A stretch of 32,000 nucleotides of DNA from Chlamydiota bacterium. GTDB lineage: Bacteria > Auribacterota > JACPWU01. The DNA lies in the NCBI GenBank assembly GCA_016196885.1, contig JACPWU010000022.1:8763-40762 (forward strand). The letters are read 5' to 3'. The first letter of the stretch is position 1. Each line of letters begins with the position of its first letter. The notes under the pieces are model-generated. The model searched no databases, was not told the origin of the DNA, and worked only from the letters and a program-made list of their open reading frames with translations. Position numbers and translations under genes: made by a program. This document shows, piece by piece, positions 17,351-25,798 of the stretch.

Positions 17351-17424
17351 CGTCGTTCGTTGTCTGTCGTTCGTCATCCGTCAGTCGTTTCAACGAAATA
17401 CGAGTAACGAACGACGGACGACGG
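17351..17424. repeat. Heptamer array H3 forming a long imperfect hairpin
   Basis: CGTCGTT CGTTGTC TGTCGTT CGTCATC CGTCAGT CGTTTCA, then ACGAAAT ACGAGTA ACGAACG ACGGACG ACGG. CGT-phased units switch to ACG-phased units at the apex (17389-17392). The array fills the receptor-stop to tonB-start gap. Confidence 0.85.
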
Positions 17425-17427
17425 CAT

Positions 17428-19287
17428 TTAAAATTCTCCCCTGACTCCTCCAAACACCAAAATCCCGGGCGCAGGAAAGCCGGAGGCCTCTTCATAATCG
17501 TCATCGAGCAGGTTTTCAACTCGCACATACGGCGCCCAATGCTCATTCACCTGATAAGAAACAGCCACATCCAACTTCACATAACCTTCCAACTCCTTGT
17601 CAAAATCCGGCCGGGATCCTACAAACGTCGCATCGGTTGAGAGAGTCCACTCTTGCCATTTTAAGATAGCACCCACCGAGCCGCTGTCATCTGGCCTACG
17701 AATCAGGGGCTCTCCCGTCACATCATTTTCAGCATCCAAATGCGTCCAACTTCCCTTGAGTGTCAAACACTCCCAAGGCTTCACGAACCCAGAAAGTTCA
17801 AGCCCATCAATGCTCGCCTCAGAAATATTATTTGCCCTGGAAACAAAGGGATCCAATGAAATGACTTCTGAATCAATCAAATCATCGTAATCCGTCTGAA
17901 AATAAGCAAAATCGATCCCGACCTTTTCCTTTAAAAATGTCTGCTCAAAACCCGCTTCCCATCCTTGCGATTCCTCAGGCTTCAAATCGGGATTTCCATA
18001 ATCCGGAAAAACGAGTTCATTCACACTGGGTGAGCGGAAACCCTCTCCCCAGCTGGCCTTGAGCTTGGTTTGGGGAAAAATCCAAAAGGCCCCTGACACC
18101 TTGGGAGAGACCTCCCCCCCAAAAATGCTATTCTCATCATACCTGACTCCTGGCACGATAAAAACGCGATCCCAAAAATTAAACTGATCCTGGAAATAAA
18201 ATGCAAAATTATTGGGATCTTCTTCAAAGGGATAATCCGATCCAAAGGCATTGCCCGTCGTCGTGTTTTTCCCAAACAAATCTTGATATTCAAACCCCGC
18301 CGTCAGGGTCTGAAGATCACCCCAGAAAAAATTGTGCTGCCACTCGACGGTGCTCATTTCATTCGTGATACGGCTAAGCGTTTCCACGCCCACTTCATCC
18401 GGATTCAAAGGATCCCGATCCTTGAGAAATTCATGATTGAAAGAAAGTGTCAATTGATGTTCCCACCCACTCGTCAGCCAATGGTCTATCTTCAACGCCA
18501 CCCACTCAGAATCCGTCTCAAGAGAACGGTTGGGATCAGGAATCGTAATTCCAAAATCCTGAATCTCTTTTTCGGCCCTCCCCACACGAGAAATAAGATC
18601 CAATCTTAACTGATCCGAGACATCCACTCCCGCATTCCCCGTCCACTGAAAATTCTCGTAGGCATCGTTGTCAAACTCTCCCTCCGTGGTGAGATAAGAA
18701 TAGGTAGACGAAAGATCCACCCTACCTTTCTTCCCCGAAAAACCTGCAAACCCTCGCGCCGTCTCATCCATCCCGCCTTCACCTTCAAAGAACAAACGGG
18801 GCCTCCCCTCTCCTTTTTTCGTAATAATATGGATGACGCCCCCCATGGCCTCGGAGCCATACAGAGCACTTTGGATCCCTCGAACAATTTCAATGCGGTC
18901 CACATGATCCACCCTCAAATGGCCAAAATCGAAACTTCCCACCGTCGGTGCATTCACCTCCACCCCATCCATCAAGACCAGCGTTTGTGCACTCGTTGCA
19001 CCCCGCAAAAACGTCGTCGCATTAGCCCCTTGTGTGCCATTTCTCACCACGAATACACCCGGCACATTTCGCAAAGACTCTTCGACCATCTCTTCATGTC
19101 GATCAGAGATCTCACCCGAATCGACCACAGAGTAAGACTGCGTCACATGACTCACCGGCGTTTCGAGTTTTGTAGCCGTCACAATCACGGGTTCTGTTTT
19201 CTGGACCTCGTCTCCCCAAGACGGTAAATAAAATCCTAAAGACAAAATCAACGCCAAAGAACTTTTAAAAAAATGTCTTCCCTTCAT
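17428..19287 (-). CDS. btuB: TonB-dependent outer-membrane receptor, probably a corrinoid transporter
   Basis: Signal peptide, TonB box EPVIVTATK, plug and barrel, C-terminal Phe (GGVRGEF). 619 aa, BtuB-like in size, and in an operon behind a cobalamin riboswitch. Strong SD GAGGAGGGG. Confidence 0.7.
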   Translation of the reverse strand: MKGRHFFKSSLALILSLGFYLPSWGDEVQKTEPVIVTATKLETPVSHVTQSYSVVDSGEISDRHEEMVEESLRNVPGVFVVRNGTQGANATTFLRGATSAQTLVLMDGVEVNAPTVGSFDFGHLRVDHVDRIEIVRGIQSALYGSEAMGGVIHIITKKGEGRPRLFFEGEGGMDETARGFAGFSGKKGRVDLSSTYSYLTTEGEFDNDAYENFQWTGNAGVDVSDQLRLDLISRVGRAEKEIQDFGITIPDPNRSLETDSEWVALKIDHWLTSGWEHQLTLSFNHEFLKDRDPLNPDEVGVETLSRITNEMSTVEWQHNFFWGDLQTLTAGFEYQDLFGKNTTTGNAFGSDYPFEEDPNNFAFYFQDQFNFWDRVFIVPGVRYDENSIFGGEVSPKVSGAFWIFPQTKLKASWGEGFRSPSVNELVFPDYGNPDLKPEESQGWEAGFEQTFLKEKVGIDFAYFQTDYDDLIDSEVISLDPFVSRANNISEASIDGLELSGFVKPWECLTLKGSWTHLDAENDVTGEPLIRRPDDSGSVGAILKWQEWTLSTDATFVGSRPDFDKELEGYVKLDVAVSYQVNEHWAPYVRVENLLDDDYEEASGFPAPGILVFGGVRGEF

Positions 19288-19302
19288 ATCCCCTCCTCGT
19301 TC

Positions 19303-19923
19303 TTATAAGATTTTCAAAACCAAACGAAACACCATCACACTCACCATCACACTCACTTCCATCGTCTCTTCAAAAAGGAAAAAATATTTCTTGAAGAATC
19401 GTAAACCCATGGCCAAAAGAGCGACCGCCACCCCAAACACAAAAATCCCCAGGGGGCCACAGGCCAAGGCCAAAGAAAGGCAAATAAAGGAAGCCCATAA
19501 CACATCTTCCCATTCCCACCCTTTTGGCTTCGCATCCCTTATCTTCCAAGCCCAGGCCCCACTGGAAAAAGTTGTCATAAAAATCAAGCTCATCCATCTC
19601 AAGGGAAAAGGGACGAGACACAAAATCACCCCTTTCAAAAGCGTCCAGAAAAGCGTTTCAAAAAAATGAGACGAGAAACTCAATAAGTTTTCTAGGCCGC
19701 GAGAATACTTAAGCCCCATCCAGCCAAAGAGCAAAATTCCATTCGCCAAGAAAAGTGGAACACAGCCCCTCAGCATCTGGTCCAGATACACCAACACCAC
19801 ACCCGCAAAAATCCCAATCACAGGAAAATAGGCGAGGGCCCGCGACTTCACCTCTTCAGAAGGCTCCGTCTTTCCCAAATGGACACAGGTCAAAAATTGA
19901 AGTGCTTGCCTAAATGAATTCAT
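19303..19923 (-). CDS. CobS-like polytopic membrane protein (divergent; catalytic motif not seen)
   Basis: N-terminus FRQALQFLTCVHLG...ALAYFPVIGIFAG resembles adenosylcobinamide-GDP ribazoletransferase. I find no H.DGLAD..DG motif, and at 206 aa it is shorter than typical CobS. Confidence 0.4.
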   Translation of the reverse strand: MNSFRQALQFLTCVHLGKTEPSEEVKSRALAYFPVIGIFAGVVLVYLDQMLRGCVPLFLANGILLFGWMGLKYSRGLENLLSFSSHFFETLFWTLLKGVILCLVPFPLRWMSLIFMTTFSSGAWAWKIRDAKPKGWEWEDVLWASFICLSLALACGPLGIFVFGVAVALLAMGLRFFKKYFFLFEETMEVSVMVSVMVFRLVLKIL

Positions 19924-19972
19924 TTTTTCGTCGTTCGTTGTTCGTCGTTGGTCGTTCGTATTTCGTAGATAC
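19924..19972. repeat. Heptamer array H4 abutting a start codon
   Basis: TTTTTCG TCGTTCG TTGTTCG TCGTTGG TCGTTCG TATTTCG TAGATAC, immediately 5' of the cobS-like ATG (19923-19921). No SD. Confidence 0.85.
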
Positions 19973-20013
19973 TAAACTTAGAGAAAAGAGAACCTGAGGG
20001 ATAAAAAAGAGGA

Positions 20014-20055
20014 CAAAAAAACCCATCTCTTCGCATTCATACGAAGAATGGGTTT
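20014..20055 (-). terminator. Rho-independent terminator (riboswitch expression platform)
   Basis: Minus strand reads AAACCCATTCTTCG TATGAATG CGAAGAGATGGGTTT followed by T7. Confidence 0.75.
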
Positions 20056-20159
20056 AAAATCTCATGAGTTCTAAAAAGAGATACGTCTGCATCTTGCCTT
20101 CCCCTCGAAGGTCTCACACCCTAGACAAATGATTTTTCACTTGCCCGGGTCATTGATTA

Positions 20160-20350
20160 TTTTTTTATTCACCCAGGTCTTCTGGCTCCCCAGCCCTTTT
20201 GACTGCCTTCCCAATCCAACCCAATGTCAGACCAGTGGCTCCTTCTTCGTCAAAAGGTTCCTTTCTCTTTCGAGAAAGGACTAGGTTACAGCGGCGGGGC
20301 CGCTCCGGATTCTAACCGGATTCCCTTAGAGTAAACGCGACCAGTAAACT
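20160..20350 (-). promoter_or_regulatory. Cobalamin (B12) riboswitch aptamer
   Basis: Minus strand contains CTAAGGGAATCCGGTTAGAATCCGGAGCGGCCCCGCCGCTGTAACC, then GAGCCACTGG...TTGGGAAGGC, then the B12-box-like GAGCCAGAAGACCTGGG. Order and sequence parallel the E. coli btuB leader elements. Confidence 0.85.
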
Positions 20351-20460
20351 CCATCTCCAAAATATTGTCAATAAAAAATGAGGGTGGCCCCAAGGAAAGG
20401 GTGTGGGAAAAACGAGCAAATCTTTCCCATGGGCTATAAAGTTGTGATAAAGTTTCAACT

Positions 20461-20832
20461 ATGAAATGGCTTTGTCTCACCCTCGGGGGTATTGCAGGAA
20501 CATTCGCCCGCTATGTCTTGGCGGGTCTGGTCTATGAAATCACAGGAACGAGTTTTCCCTACGGGACCCTGATCGTGAATCTCACAGGCTGCCTTATCAT
20601 CGGTTTTTTAGCAGCCCTGTCCGAAGAAAAATTTCTCTTGGGACCGAACGCGAGATTTCTCCTCATGGTTGGTTTCTGCGGAGCTTTCACCACTTTCTCT
20701 ACCTTCATTCTAGAAACATCTCATTTGATCAAAGACGGGGAAAATCTCAGGGCACTCTGGAATGTTTTTTCAAGTATCATGATCGGTTTTTTTATTTTTA
20801 GATTGGGTTTTTTTATCGGAGAAGTTGTTTAA
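20461..20832 (+). CDS. crcB: Fluoride channel CrcB/FluC
   Basis: GGIAGTFARY, GTLIVNLTGCLIIGF, GFCGAFTTFSTF. Confidence 0.9.
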   Translation: MKWLCLTLGGIAGTFARYVLAGLVYEITGTSFPYGTLIVNLTGCLIIGFLAALSEEKFLLGPNARFLLMVGFCGAFTTFSTFILETSHLIKDGENLRALWNVFSSIMIGFFIFRLGFFIGEVV

Positions 20833-20851
20833 CAAATAATAAGGAGCTCCC

Positions 20852-21190
20852 ATGCGCCTCCCATCAGATGGAAAATTGTTGAGAATCTTTATCGGCGAGC
20901 AAGATGTCTGGCAGGGCCAACCTCTTTATGAGGCCATTGTCCATTTGGCCAAACGAGAAGGCATGGCAGGCGCGACCGCTATCAAAGGCTTCATGGGCTT
21001 TGGCTGCAAAAGCCATCTGCACACAACCAAACTTTTGAGGCTTTCAGAAGATTTACCCATCATCATAGAATTGGTAGACAGCGAAGAGAAAATATCAAAA
21101 TTTCTCCCCCATTTAGACGAGATGGTGAAAGAAGGCCTGATCACCCTTGAAAAGGTCAATGTGATCCTGTACCGCGCACCAGGGGTTTAA
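20852..21190 (+). CDS. DUF190 (PII-like) protein commonly paired with crcB
   Basis: KLLRIFIGEQD...PLYEAIV..AKREGMAGATAIKG..GFG, then LPIIIELVDSEEKI. Good SD AAGGAG. Confidence 0.75.
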   Translation: MRLPSDGKLLRIFIGEQDVWQGQPLYEAIVHLAKREGMAGATAIKGFMGFGCKSHLHTTKLLRLSEDLPIIIELVDSEEKISKFLPHLDEMVKEGLITLEKVNVILYRAPGV

Positions 21191-21254
21191 ACCATCTTGC
21201 ATATTCTCTCAAATACGTTAGAATAAGAATAGACAATCCAAGCTGGGAGTTCCC

Positions 21255-21914
21255 ATGAAGACGGAAACGGTTGTTGGGCTTCAAATTAAAGCAGGAGAGA
21301 AAGTTCCAATATTTCCTCTTCCGAACGCCATTCTCTTTCCTCACGTGGAACTTCAATTGTACATCTTCGAACCCAGATACCAACAAATGTTGGAGGATTG
21401 CGTCAAAGGCCATTCCCTCATGGCCGTATCACTTCTCAAAAAAGGGTGGGAATCCCATCAAGAGCCCTTCCCCGCCTACGATGTGGTCGGAGTGGGCTAT
21501 GTGAAACTCTCGATTCAAAACACGGAAGGTCATTCTAATATCATCTTGAAAGGCATCGGCCGAGCGAAAATCTCAGAATATATTCAGCGCGACCCTTATC
21601 CAATCGCGAAAGTCATACCCATCGAAAAGGCCTCTGAAAGCTCTCAAGAAATCACCTGGCGAACGCGGAAACTCTCAAAACTCTTCACTGAAAAAATTTT
21701 CCGAACCAAAAAATCATCGGATGAAGAAATAAGATCCTTTGAAAAAATCACGGACCCGGAAGAACTTTCAGACATCGTTGCCTTCACAGCCAATCTGGAT
21801 TATCACACCAAGCAAGAATTGCTCGAAACCTTTGATTTAAAGGACCGCCTCGACCGCCTGATTCAAATTTTAGAATCTGAGCTGCGTCTTTTGAAGGCGC
21901 AAGATAATAGCTAA
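21255..21914 (+). CDS. Stand-alone Lon N-terminal (substrate-binding) domain protein
   Basis: IPIFPLPNAILFPHVELQLYIFEPRYQQMLEDC is typical of the LON N-domain. No ATPase or protease part. Confidence 0.75.
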   Translation: MKTETVVGLQIKAGEKVPIFPLPNAILFPHVELQLYIFEPRYQQMLEDCVKGHSLMAVSLLKKGWESHQEPFPAYDVVGVGYVKLSIQNTEGHSNIILKGIGRAKISEYIQRDPYPIAKVIPIEKASESSQEITWRTRKLSKLFTEKIFRTKKSSDEEIRSFEKITDPEELSDIVAFTANLDYHTKQELLETFDLKDRLDRLIQILESELRLLKAQDNS

Positions 21915-21920
21915 TTTTCT

Positions 21921-22979
21921 TCAAAAAAAGAAATTGATCAACCCTCCAAGAATCAGAATCTGAGGCACACAAAGAGCAATCATCCACCATGCTGTTTTCC
22001 TTCCCAAATTCGTCCACACCAAGCCAATCTCTGTATAATCCGTCGCCACGCCCGCCATCAAGAAAACAAAACTGTTTCCCAAGGCCCCTGTCTGCCGATA
22101 AATTTCAAAAGCCAAGGGAGCCGTTCCCTCGGAGCATACCTCCAGAATCGCAGCAAAAAGAAGTGTAACCCCCAACCCCATTAAAGAAGGCCCTAGAAGG
22201 TGATGAAACAAATGGGATGGCACATAGGCAGAAATTAAACTGGCCAAGATAAACCCGATCAGAATCCACCAAAGAACCATCTGCGAAAGCTCCCACACCC
22301 CTCGGAGAATGCCTCTGACATCCTTCCAAAGAACTTCCAAACTGAAATGATATTCTTGCCAGCGACGCTTCACATCTCCCAAAATCGAAAAATTTTCATC
22401 TACTGGAACCTCATGAATATTTTTCTCTATCAAACCTCGAACCTCCAATTTTTGAAAAACAAGCCCCGTCACAATCGCCACGATCAAGGCACAAAAAATA
22501 ATCAGAACCCCTTTGACCCCAAAAAAACCGACAAGAAGGAGCGTCACCGGTAAATTGGCCCAGGGACTGGCCAAAAGAAAACTCACCACGGCAGGTCCCC
22601 CTGCCCCCTTTTTATGAAGCTCCATCGCAAGCGCCAAAATCCCATGGCTGCAAGCACTCATCAAAAGCCCCAGCCCAACTGAATAAAAAATGGTGCGCTT
22701 ACGGCGACGCGCCAAATATTTCGAAATATAAATTTTAGGAATATAATAATCGATCACACCGCCCAATATCATCCCAGCGAGCAGGGCCCACCAAATCATT
22801 CTCACATAACGCCAAAAAGCGATCTGAAAAGGATGAAGCCATGGAATAAAACATCCAAAGAGTAAAAGCGTCGCTAAAAAGATCAAAGTAACGATCAATT
22901 TATTTTTATACCAGACTGCTTTTTTAAGAGCCGTTTGGCAACAAGCATGGCTGTTTGGAACCGATTGATTTGATTGCAT
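21921..22979 (-). CDS. Polytopic permease (DUF318/ArsP_1-like)
   Basis: Many TM segments. Paired motifs LLMSACSHG and LEVCSEGTAPLA are typical of this permease family. Confidence 0.6.
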   Translation of the reverse strand: MQSNQSVPNSHACCQTALKKAVWYKNKLIVTLIFLATLLLFGCFIPWLHPFQIAFWRYVRMIWWALLAGMILGGVIDYYIPKIYISKYLARRRKRTIFYSVGLGLLMSACSHGILALAMELHKKGAGGPAVVSFLLASPWANLPVTLLLVGFFGVKGVLIIFCALIVAIVTGLVFQKLEVRGLIEKNIHEVPVDENFSILGDVKRRWQEYHFSLEVLWKDVRGILRGVWELSQMVLWWILIGFILASLISAYVPSHLFHHLLGPSLMGLGVTLLFAAILEVCSEGTAPLAFEIYRQTGALGNSFVFLMAGVATDYTEIGLVWTNLGRKTAWWMIALCVPQILILGGLINFFF

Positions 22980-23036
22980 ATCTATTGATTATATCACGAT
23001 CTTTTATCTAAGAGCCTATCCCCTCACTCTCGAGTG

Positions 23037-23068
23037 TAATGCTTGTCAAACATAATGCTTGACAAACA
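23037..23068. promoter_or_regulatory. Tandem 16-bp repeat with internal palindrome, overlapping a TTGACA box
   Basis: TAATGCTTGTCAAACA TAATGCTTGACAAACA. Each unit contains TGNTTGNCAANCA. It lies in the divergent region between the permease and an ATPase gene. Confidence 0.5.
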
Positions 23069-23094
23069 TCATGTTTATGAAGCATTATATTTGC

Positions 23095-24405
23095 ATGTAC
23101 AGCTTCTGGGATAGAGAACGGGAATTCTTAAAGGCAAAACGTTTCATTCACAAGACAGGATTTGGCTACGTCACGGGACGCCGCCGCATTGGGAAAAGCG
23201 CCTTTCTAACCAAACTCTGCCGAGAGGAAGGAGGCCTCTACCATCAAGCGGTTGAGGGAGAACCCCAACAACAATTGCTGCATTTGGCAGAAGAATGGAA
23301 AGAATCCCTCCCCCTCTTTCGAGAAATAAAACCAAAGACATGGAGTGAATTTTTCGCCCTTCTCTCAAAAGAAAACCTTCCCAAAATATTGATCTTTGAT
23401 GAATTTCCCTATTGGGTCGAGAGTGACCCAACCCTCCCCAGCTTTCTGCAAAAATGGATTGACCATGAACTCCCAAAAAAGAAAACCTTTATCTGGATGT
23501 CCGGATCTTCTCAATCCATGCTGCACTCTCAATTCTTAAACCAGGGATCTCCTTTGTACGGTCGCGCCACAGCACATATTCATTTAGAGCCCATGCCTTT
23601 TCACTGGTTTTGTAAGGCACTCGACTACCCGCTTCACGACCCTGTGTCCTTCGAGAGATATTGTTTAGTAGGCGGCGTTCCATACTATTGGAAGCTCATG
23701 CCATCAGGATCCGTCATTGATCAGGCTCACACGCTTTACTTTGAGCCTACAGCCATTCTCTCAGAAGAGCCTAAACACTTGATTCAGGATGAAGGCATCA
23801 CGGGAACCATTCCGAAAGCTATTCTAGATTTGATCGGACGAGGTGTCTCCAAACCCAGCGAACTGGGAGCTCGAATTGGAACGGCTCAAGGAAACCTGTC
23901 CAGACCTCTGGCCCTTCTTCTGGATGTTAACCTCATTTCAAAAGAGCTCCCCTTCGGTGAATCTTCCAGAACAACCAAAAGGGTTCTTTACACCCTTCAA
24001 GATCCTGCTCTGTCTTTTTACTATGGGACTTACCTTCCCTTCAGAGAACGCTGGAACAAGATTACACCTCCAGAAAAAAAGAATCTTCTTCATCTTCATG
24101 CATCAAAGCAATGGGAAATTTTTTGCCGTCAAGCCTACGGAGGATCCCGTTATTGGGAAGAAGACGTTGAAATAGATCTGATTTCACTTCAGAAGGATGG
24201 GCATAAAACATTGGTTGCAGAGTGCAAATGGAGTGATCTTTCAAAAAAGGAAGAAAAGAACTTACTTGAAGACCTTCAATATCGCTTCGCCAAAACAAAA
24301 ATTGCAGAAAAATTGGCCCCTATAGATTTTAAAATCTTTTCAAAAAAAGACCTGCAAGAAATCGCAAAAACAGAAGCTTCAGAAAAAGCAGTGAATGGCA
24401 CCTAG
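23095..24405 (+). CDS. AAA+ ATPase (archaeal-ATPase type) with DUF234-like C-terminus
   Basis: FWDREREFL, Walker A GRRRIGKSAF, Walker B LIFDEF, C-terminal EIDLISLQKDGHKTLVAECKW. The ORF opens at TTG 23059; ATG options are 23071, 23077 and 23095. Confidence 0.75.
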   Translation: MYSFWDREREFLKAKRFIHKTGFGYVTGRRRIGKSAFLTKLCREEGGLYHQAVEGEPQQQLLHLAEEWKESLPLFREIKPKTWSEFFALLSKENLPKILIFDEFPYWVESDPTLPSFLQKWIDHELPKKKTFIWMSGSSQSMLHSQFLNQGSPLYGRATAHIHLEPMPFHWFCKALDYPLHDPVSFERYCLVGGVPYYWKLMPSGSVIDQAHTLYFEPTAILSEEPKHLIQDEGITGTIPKAILDLIGRGVSKPSELGARIGTAQGNLSRPLALLLDVNLISKELPFGESSRTTKRVLYTLQDPALSFYYGTYLPFRERWNKITPPEKKNLLHLHASKQWEIFCRQAYGGSRYWEEDVEIDLISLQKDGHKTLVAECKWSDLSKKEEKNLLEDLQYRFAKTKIAEKLAPIDFKIFSKKDLQEIAKTEASEKAVNGT

Positions 24406-24423
24406 TGTTTAGTGTATAGTGTG
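24403..24423. repeat. Heptamer array H7
   Basis: TAGTGTT TAGTGTA TAGTGTG. The first TAG is the ATPase stop codon. Confidence 0.75.
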
Positions 24424-24472
24424 TCTCATTATTCTTTCATACGCACCATCCCCCATTCCCTGTTTTGAAGGG

Positions 24473-24545
24473 GGGCGATTAGCTCAGCTGGTAGAGCGCC
24501 ACGTTTACACCGTGGATGTCAGAGGTTCGAGCCCTCTATCGCCCA
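24473..24545 (+). tRNA. tRNA-Val (anticodon TAC)
   Basis: Cloverleaf read by hand: acceptor GGGCGAT/ATCGCCC, D arm GCTC-AGCTGGTA-GAGC, anticodon arm CCACG-TTTACAC-CGTGG, variable ATGTC, T arm AGAGG-TTCGAGC-CCTCT, discriminator A. CCA is not encoded. Confidence 0.9.
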
Positions 24546-24595
24546 AGCTGTCACAAGAATTTGCATCTGGGTATGAGTTGTCCCCCCCCCTTTTT

Positions 24596-25792
24596 TTAGA
24601 CATGTCTCCAGGAAATAATCCTATGATTCTTATATTGAAAAGATTCATCACCCGCATAGAATACACCGCAATTTCTTAAGCGAATATCCTGAGAAATAGA
24701 TCTAAATTTATCAACTTGTTCAACATAACGGCCGTCAAATGTTTCTGAAGCCTTGATTTCATAGGCGTCTATGTTTAAGCCGTCTTCAATGAGAATATCA
24801 ATCTCAAGCTTATTGGACTCTCGCCAGTAATAGAGTTTAGAAGATAACTGATGATGGTTAATGGTTTTAAATAAGTCTGCAACAATGAAATTTTCAAATA
24901 GGGCTCCCTTGAGTGGATGCGTAACAATCTCCTCGGGTGAGCGTATCCCTAAGAGGTAGCAAAGTAACCCCGTATCCGTGAAATAGAGTTTGGGTCTCTT
25001 GATAATCCGTTTATTAAAATTTTTAAAGTAGGGCCTGAGTGTAATGATTTGAAACGAAGCCTCCAAAATTGAAAGCCAACGCCCCACGGTTGTATGAGAG
25101 ACAGCGCCATCATTGGCTAGAGATGCCTGGTCTAAGATTTGTCCACAGCGTCCCGCACAAAGAGAAAAGAAGCGTCGATAACTTTCCAAATCTCCAATGT
25201 TAATAACGGATCTTACATCCCTTTCCAAATAGGTTTGAATATAATTTCCAATCCATTCCCTGGGTTCCAAATGTTGATCATGGATTCGAGGGTAAAGTCC
25301 TGAAAAAAGGATCTCATAAAGGTCGTCCTTTTTAGATGACTCGAGCAGCTTTAAATCATTCCTGTTGAAAAAATGATGTTCAGGGTCGTCTTGTAACTCA
25401 CTCAGTGTGAAAGGCATTAAATGGTGGATACTCACCCTTCCTGCGAGCGATTGTCCGATCGCTTCCAACAACAAGAAATTTTGTGATCCCGTCAAAATAA
25501 ACTGACCGGGTTTTTGCCTTTGATCCACAATTCCTTGAATATAGGAAAAAAGATCGGGAACCCTTTGAGCTTCATCAATGATGACGCCCTTTGAATATCT
25601 ATTCAAAAAACCTTTAGGATCGCTTAAGGCAAACTCTCGATCTACTGGATTTTCCAACAAGACATATTCATGGTTTGGAAATAGGGATTTTACCAGGGTT
25701 GTTTTTCCAGATTGTCTGGGGCCTGTTAGGCTAATCACAGGATAATGTCGACTTGACTCTATAAGGGCTTTACTGATGCTACGTAGTTTCAT
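24596..25792 (-). CDS. AAA+ ATPase with DUF4143-type C-terminal domain (COG1373-like)
   Basis: Walker A GPRQSGKTT, Walker B VIIDEAQ, C-terminal EIDILIEDGLNIDAYEIKAS. Confidence 0.8.
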   Translation of the reverse strand: MKLRSISKALIESSRHYPVISLTGPRQSGKTTLVKSLFPNHEYVLLENPVDREFALSDPKGFLNRYSKGVIIDEAQRVPDLFSYIQGIVDQRQKPGQFILTGSQNFLLLEAIGQSLAGRVSIHHLMPFTLSELQDDPEHHFFNRNDLKLLESSKKDDLYEILFSGLYPRIHDQHLEPREWIGNYIQTYLERDVRSVINIGDLESYRRFFSLCAGRCGQILDQASLANDGAVSHTTVGRWLSILEASFQIITLRPYFKNFNKRIIKRPKLYFTDTGLLCYLLGIRSPEEIVTHPLKGALFENFIVADLFKTINHHQLSSKLYYWRESNKLEIDILIEDGLNIDAYEIKASETFDGRYVEQVDKFRSISQDIRLRNCGVFYAGDESFQYKNHRIISWRHV

Positions 25793-25798
25793 AGTGTT

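Noticed and set aside
17034-17640. + strand ORFs 17034-17444 and 17143-17640
   Set aside because: They are antisense to tonB and the receptor 3' end and cross the heptamer hairpin. They are low-complexity shadow ORFs.
19353-19669. Alternative-frame ORFs (19353-19535 -, 19370-19621 -, 19391-19669 +) inside the cobS-like gene
   Set aside because: They are nested in or antisense to a longer ORF with coherent TM topology, and have no independent start signals.
20340-20460. Expected fluoride (crcB-motif) riboswitch upstream of crcB
   Set aside because: I could not find the conserved GGNGATGG ... CCGCC ... CTAATGA/CTGATGA elements in the leader. It should still be scanned with a covariance model (RF01734).
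20286-20480. 64-aa minus-strand ORF
   Set aside because: It lies entirely over the cobalamin riboswitch aptamer and the crcB promoter region. The riboswitch explains the sequence conservation better.
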